Part shown: positions 63,401-63,762 of the stretch, one piece after another
Position numbering within the stretch: position 1 is the stretch's first letter
Layout of the letters: every line of letters begins with the position of its first letter
Assembly (NCBI GenBank): GCA_965644265.1
Contig: OZ286476.1
Coordinates: forward strand, 20,336,001-20,399,762
DNA from: Glycera tridactyla
Taxonomy: Eukaryota
Length of the DNA stretch: 63,762 nucleotides
Direction: 5' to 3'
Notes under the pieces: model-generated
What the model was told of the DNA's origin: nothing
Seen by the model: only the letters and a program-made list of their open reading frames with translations
Database searches by the model: none
Translations under genes and position numbers: made by a program

Positions 63401-63617
63401 GTTGCCTTTCATTCTTGCAGACAAGCCTGGTAAACCCGATCCACCAACCATCCTGAAGATGACACCCAAGACATGTGCATTGTCATACCGACCACCAATG
63501 GATGATGGCGGTGCACCAATCACCAACTACGTTATTGAGTACCGTGTAGAGGGCGGATTCAAGTGGGTACACGCTAATGTGGATGAGACAGTCTCAGAAA
63601 CCAAGTACACTGTCAAG
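1..63617 (+). CDS. Internal fragment (34 exons, about 3,500 aa) of a giant titin/twitchin/projectin-family Ig-FN3 muscle protein
   Basis: Every exon has canonical AG/GT ends and compatible phases, and the spliced frame has no stop. Domains carry I-set Ig motifs (W-Y/F-K, D-x-G-x-Y) and titin-type FN3 motifs (W-x-P-P-x-x-DGG-x-x-I-x-x-Y, Y-E-F-R-V/I-x-A-x-N-x-x-G). The exact orthologue cannot be assigned without the kinase or termini. Confidence 0.95.
308..473. repeat. Tandem duplication of about 83 bp
   Basis: TAGTATA(C/T)GACCCTAGAAT...GATGGAAATCTCATGGATTT occurs twice. Confidence 0.8.
836..1012. mobile_element. Tc1/mariner-type MITE
   Basis: CAGTTTAACCTCTCTATAAAGA / TCTTTAGAGGAGGTTCAACTG-TA; same subfamily as 17728-17870 in the opposite orientation. 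Confidence 0.72.
1138..1294 (+). CDS. Exon, unit 0: second half of FN3 J
   Basis: Poly-T plus GGCAG acceptor; VKWKVV...[12 protein letters not shown]...KPVKY; donor GTACGT at 1295, phase 1. Confidence 0.93.
1690..1915. mobile_element. Probable MITE with CAGGG-type TIR
   Basis: AGGGATGCATCCAGA / TCTGGATGCAACCCT (1 mismatch in 15); no clear TSD. Confidence 0.5.
2013..2291 (+). CDS. Exon, unit 1: Ig A
   Basis: TTTCAG acceptor; [16 protein letters not shown]...AEWFKG...DEGPYTV...LYVK; donor GTAAGT; 279 nt, phase 1-1. Confidence 0.93.
2604..2763. mobile_element. Degenerate Tc1/mariner-type MITE
   Basis: TA-CAGTGAATTCTGTGAC / GTCGCAGGTTCCACTG-TA. Confidence 0.62.
4810..9154 (+). mobile_element. 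Helentron-associated non-autonomous element (HINE/DINE-1-like), interrupted by the LINE
   Basis: 5' T-run; subTIR TGGCACGCATG (4814-4824) with partial inverted copy ATGCGTG (4834-4840); (CCGT/GGCC)-type microsatellite at 4861-4920; about 230-260 bp internal tandem repeats at 5449-5960 that continue after 9010; 3' subTIR CATGCGTGCCA (9122-9132); hairpin GCAT-TT-ATGC; terminal Ts; inserted in a T-run. Confidence 0.75.
5963..9004 (-). mobile_element. 5'-truncated non-LTR retrotransposon (CR1/L2/Crack-Daphne group), APE endonuclease plus RT ORF2 with one premature TGA
   Basis: APE motifs SETWL, VYRPP, GDMNID, IDH, ISDH; RT motifs [32 protein letters not shown]. ORFs 8544-9074 and 6273-8336 are in the same frame, separated only by TGA at 8544-8546. 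The 3' end has AATAAA then a (TTAC)n tail. Candidate TSD TGGTGA at 5957-5962 and 9005-9010. Confidence 0.92.
10224..10366. mobile_element. Tc1/mariner-type MITE (AAGCAGCCAC subfamily)
   Basis: TA-CAGTCAAACCTGTTCTAAGCAGCCACC; internal GTGGCTGCT repeats; related to 30047, 38676 and 47810. Confidence 0.68.
11813..12092. repeat. Imperfect tandem duplication of about 130-150 bp
   Basis: GGTGTGCTTTT...GAACCATG(C/T)AGGTGT..AAGTTGAATACCTA...CCTCCCTAGACAGTCTC occurs twice. Confidence 0.75.
13150..13269. repeat. 60-bp direct tandem duplication
   Basis: 58 identical nt at period 60. Confidence 0.9.
16263..16470 (+). mobile_element. Probable second SINE family with (TCAA)n tail
   Basis: B-box-like GGTTCGACT; 10-bp hairpin at 16334-16363; tail GATAC(A/C)TGCCGTT that also occurs near 12895 and 16235; followed by TCAA repeats. 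Confidence 0.45.
17728..17870. mobile_element. Tc1/mariner-type MITE (one end lost)
   Basis: TA-CAGTCGAACCTGCTCTAAAGACCACC with internal GACCACCTCTCTATA repeats. Confidence 0.68.
19548..19704. mobile_element. Tc1/mariner-type MITE running into an N-gap
   Basis: TA-CAGTGAAACCTGCGACGAGAGACCACC directly after an (ATT)n tract. Confidence 0.68.
21789..21836. repeat. (CA)24 microsatellite next to an N-gap
   Basis: Read directly. Confidence 0.95.
22258..22458. repeat. Imperfect tandem duplication of about 120 bp
   Basis: CTGTATT(T/G)GAAGTGA.ATGTGCTCCT.GCTGGGTTATTCGG occurs twice. Confidence 0.7.
23471..23526. repeat. (TCAA)14 microsatellite
   Basis: Read directly; shorter TCAA tracts at about 10845, 15257, 16414 and 57300. 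Confidence 0.95.
24246..24527 (+). CDS. Exon, unit 1: Ig B
   Basis: CTCAG acceptor; [11 protein letters not shown]...ANPMPEVKW...DGGRYTV..ENEHG; donor GTAAGT; 282 nt. Confidence 0.93.
25413..25709 (+). CDS. Exon, unit 1: FN3 C
   Basis: TTCCAG acceptor; DKPSAP...DDGG...YLFQVAAEN...TPKSQY; donor GTACGT; 297 nt. Confidence 0.93.
27403..27548. mobile_element. Tc1/mariner-type MITE
   Basis: 28-bp TIR with 2 mismatches: CAGAAAAACCTCTTTTGTGAGACTGCCC / GGGCAGTCTCACAAAAGACGTTTTACTG. Confidence 0.78.
30047..30149. mobile_element. Tc1/mariner-type MITE (103 bp)
   Basis: TIR CAGTCTAACCTGTCCTAAGCAGCCAC / GTGGCTGCTTAGAACAGGTTTGACTG; TA flanks. Confidence 0.85.
33059..33263. mobile_element. MITE with about 30-bp TIRs and 3-bp TSD (PIF/Harbinger-like)
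   Basis: GGCCCTATTTGACTGGTTGGTTTCGTTGAGT / ACTCAACGGAAACTGACCAGTCAAATAGGCCC; AGT on both flanks. Confidence 0.68.
33550..33928. mobile_element. Degenerate or compound Tc1/mariner-type MITE
   Basis: CAGTGGACCCTG and CAGTGAAACCTG at the left; ACAGGTTTCACTG-TA at the right; internal GGTCAG..CTCTCA repeats. Confidence 0.55.
35548..35878. mobile_element. Degenerate Tc1/mariner-type MITE
   Basis: TA-CAGTGAAACCTGCAATG / GTCGCAGGTTTCACTC-TA. Confidence 0.6.
35990..36292 (+). CDS. Exon, unit 1: FN3 D
   Basis: TACCAG acceptor; DLPGPPEAP...YEFRIFAVN...AKDPW; donor GTAAGT; 303 nt. Confidence 0.93.
37464..37766 (+). CDS. Exon, unit 1: FN3 E
   Basis: CCACAG acceptor; KPGKPDPP...YEFRIAAEN...AKEII; donor GTAAGT; 303 nt. 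Confidence 0.93.
38676..38794. mobile_element. Degenerate Tc1/mariner-type MITE
   Basis: TA-TAGTTGAACCTG...AAGCAACCAC repeats...GTTTGACTG-TA. Confidence 0.55.
39080..39367 (+). CDS. Exon, unit 1: Ig F
   Basis: TTCCAG acceptor; DGSPPKVT...WYRDG...[11 protein letters not shown]; GT donor immediately before an N-gap; 288 nt. Confidence 0.9.
40331..40491. mobile_element. Tc1/mariner-type MITE
   Basis: CAGTGAAACCTGTGACAAGAGACC / GGTCTCTCGACACAGGTTTCAATG; TA flanks. Confidence 0.8.
40539..40829 (+). CDS. Exon, unit 1: Ig G
   Basis: TTTCAG acceptor; KPVITYDD...GEPTPRITW...[11 protein letters not shown]; donor GTAAGT; 291 nt. Confidence 0.93.
41385..41687 (+). CDS. Exon, unit 1: FN3 H
   Basis: TTCCAG acceptor; DRPSPP...YLFRVYAEN...ARLPF; donor GTGAGT; 303 nt. 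Confidence 0.93.
42288..42875 (+). CDS. Exon, unit 1: FN3 I plus FN3 J
   Basis: TTTTAG acceptor; DPPNPP...[12 protein letters not shown]...KPARY; donor GTAAGT; 588 nt. Confidence 0.94.
43333..43646 (+). CDS. Exon, unit 2: Ig A plus start of Ig B
   Basis: TAATAG acceptor; [10 protein letters not shown]...[16 protein letters not shown]; donor GTGAGT; 314 nt, phase 1-0. Confidence 0.92.
43973..44150. mobile_element. Tc1/mariner (pogo/Tigger-like) MITE
   Basis: TIR CAGTGAAACCTGTCTTGGGAGACC / GGTCTCCCAAGACAGGTTTTACTG; TA on both sides; empty site in the paralogous intron near 52075. Confidence 0.88.
44532..44766 (+). CDS. Exon, unit 2: remainder of Ig B
   Basis: TTCCAG acceptor; VGSHDK...DKGNYVV..KNEHG..LIVQ; donor GTGAGT; 235 nt, phase 0-1. 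Confidence 0.92.
45195..45491 (+). CDS. Exon, unit 2: FN3 C
   Basis: TCACAG acceptor; DVPSAPDRF...TPKSQH; donor GTAAGT; 297 nt. Confidence 0.93.
46256..46558 (+). CDS. Exon, unit 2: FN3 D
   Basis: TAACAG acceptor; PPGAPEEP...ARDPW; donor GTAAGT; 303 nt. Confidence 0.93.
47012..47195 (+). mobile_element. tRNA-derived SINE
   Basis: Pol III A box TGGCTCAGTGG (47024) and B box GGTTCAATCCC (47066); 12-bp TSD CTATATTTTTCC / CTATGTTTTTCC; absent at the paralogous site 55990-56018. Confidence 0.8.
47212..47514 (+). CDS. Exon, unit 2: FN3 E
   Basis: CCACAG acceptor; DKPGKPDPP...AREII; donor GTGAGC; 303 nt. Confidence 0.93.
47810..47970. mobile_element. Tc1/mariner-type MITE
   Basis: TA-CAGTTTAACCTGTCCTAAGCAGCC...AGGTAAACTT-TA; absent at the paralogous site near 56622. 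Confidence 0.72.
48096..48383 (+). CDS. Exon, unit 2: Ig F
   Basis: GTTCAG acceptor; DGSPPKVT...HLTVQ; donor GTGAGT; 288 nt. Confidence 0.93.
48767..49057 (+). CDS. Exon, unit 2: Ig G
   Basis: TTCCAG acceptor; KPVITYDAV...NATII; donor GTAAGT; 291 nt. Confidence 0.93.
49585..49887 (+). CDS. Exon, unit 2: FN3 H (mosaic of H3-like and H1-like sequence)
   Basis: TTTCAG acceptor; DRPSVP...ARLPF; donor GTGAGT; 303 nt. Confidence 0.93.
50341..50928 (+). CDS. Exon, unit 2: FN3 I plus FN3 J
   Basis: TTTTAG acceptor; near-identical to 42288-42875; donor GTGAGT; 588 nt. Confidence 0.94.
51112..51215 (+). mobile_element. Truncated copy of the same SINE
   Basis: GTAGCATGCTGGGC...GGTTCAATCCCCGG...CATCTTTGCTCCTCCTTG aligns to 47034-47135. 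Confidence 0.75.
51448..51761 (+). CDS. Exon, unit 3: Ig A plus start of Ig B
   Basis: TAATAG acceptor; 5 differences from 43333-43646; donor GTGAGT; 314 nt. Confidence 0.92.
52282..52516 (+). CDS. Exon, unit 3: remainder of Ig B
   Basis: TTCTAG acceptor; 5 differences from 44532-44766; donor GTGAGT; 235 nt. Confidence 0.92.
53555..53851 (+). CDS. Exon, unit 3: FN3 C
   Basis: TCACAG acceptor; DVPSAPDRF...TPKSQH; donor GTAAGT; 297 nt. Confidence 0.93.
54245..55130 (+). mobile_element. Second HINE-like element with 5 x 145 bp internal tandem array
   Basis: GGGGCATT near both ends; (GGGT)n microsatellite at about 54278-54314; marker AAAAAGGTCAAAA at about 54455, 54600, 54745, 54890 and a variant at 55036; 3' hairpin GCACTCAG...CTGAGTGC then Ts; absent from the paralogous intron 45492-46255. 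Confidence 0.72.
55279..55581 (+). CDS. Exon, unit 3: FN3 D
   Basis: TAACAG acceptor; PPGAPEEP...ARDPW; donor GTGAGT; 303 nt. Confidence 0.93.
56019..56321 (+). CDS. Exon, unit 3: FN3 E
   Basis: ACACAG acceptor; DKPGKPDPP...AREII; donor GTGAGC; 303 nt. Confidence 0.93.
56751..57038 (+). CDS. Exon, unit 3: Ig F
   Basis: ATTCAG acceptor; [10 protein letters not shown]...HLTVQ; donor GTGAGT; 288 nt. Confidence 0.93.
57417..57474. repeat. (CA)29 microsatellite
   Basis: Read directly; the paralogous intron (48640-48710) has only an interrupted CA-rich tract. Confidence 0.95.
57527..57817 (+). CDS. Exon, unit 3: Ig G
   Basis: TTTCAG acceptor; KPVITYDAA...NATII; donor GTGAGT; 291 nt. Confidence 0.93.
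58377..58679 (+). CDS. Exon, unit 3: FN3 H
   Basis: TTTCAG acceptor; DRPSVP...ARLPF; donor GTAAGT; 303 nt. Confidence 0.93.
59195..59782 (+). CDS. Exon, unit 3: FN3 I plus FN3 J
   Basis: TTGCAG acceptor; DPPNPP...KPSKY; donor GTAAGC; 588 nt. Confidence 0.94.
60252..60565 (+). CDS. Exon, unit 4: Ig A plus start of Ig B
   Basis: TTTCAG acceptor; [10 protein letters not shown]...TRYMK; donor GTAAGT; 314 nt. Confidence 0.92.
61060..61294 (+). CDS. Exon, unit 4: remainder of Ig B
   Basis: TTGCAG acceptor; VGSHDK...LIVQ; donor GTGAAT; 235 nt. Confidence 0.92.
61801..62097 (+). CDS. Exon, unit 4: FN3 C
   Basis: TCACAG acceptor; DVPSEPDRF...TPKSQH; donor GTAAGT; 297 nt. Confidence 0.93.
62620..62922 (+). 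CDS. Exon, unit 4: FN3 D (divergent)
   Basis: GTTCAG acceptor; [10 protein letters not shown]...AKDPW; donor GTGAGT; 303 nt. Confidence 0.93.
63421..63617 (+). CDS. Exon, unit 4: first two-thirds of FN3 E (divergent)
   Basis: TTGCAG acceptor; DKPGKPDPP...TKYTVK; AAG|GTAGGT donor, phase 0; FN3 similarity ends at the donor. Confidence 0.85.
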
Positions 63618-63762
63618 GTAGGTCCAGACTCTTGTCATGACTCTCAATGTATGAAGCCTAAAACCATGGATTTGCTTCCAATGAATTTTCCAGGTCATTT
63701 TGTGAATTTTGCTGTGGAACACTCTAAATGATACAACTGTGTTGTGCAGCCAATGCTCTCTC

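Noticed and set aside
1-63762. Assigning a specific symbol (TTN, unc-22, bent) or a species
   Set aside because: No kinase, PEVK or terminal region is in the window, and the repeat pattern does not match those genes' known cores.

Overview
Eukaryotic (animal, apparently non-vertebrate) scaffold with six N-gaps. The whole window lies inside one giant + strand gene of the titin/twitchin/projectin family. I resolve 34 GT-AG exons that splice into one uninterrupted frame of about 3,500 codons of Ig (I-set) and FN3 domains; no start, stop or kinase domain is in view. The domains form a strict 10-domain super-repeat, (Ig-Ig-FN3-FN3-FN3)x2, labelled A-J here (974 aa in units 2 and 3), with three complete units plus two partial ones. 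A 9-exon block is triplicated, apparently by two nested unequal crossovers that left chimeric FN3 exons. The copies show exon-restricted homogenisation, polarised CpG loss, three discordant intron positions and copy-specific TE insertions. The introns (two are 22 kb and 10 kb) hold a near-intact antisense CR1/L2-group LINE nested in a Helentron-type HINE, itself nested in a tandem repeat, plus a second HINE, many TA-target MITEs, tRNA-derived SINEs and microsatellites. Counts and alignments were done by eye.
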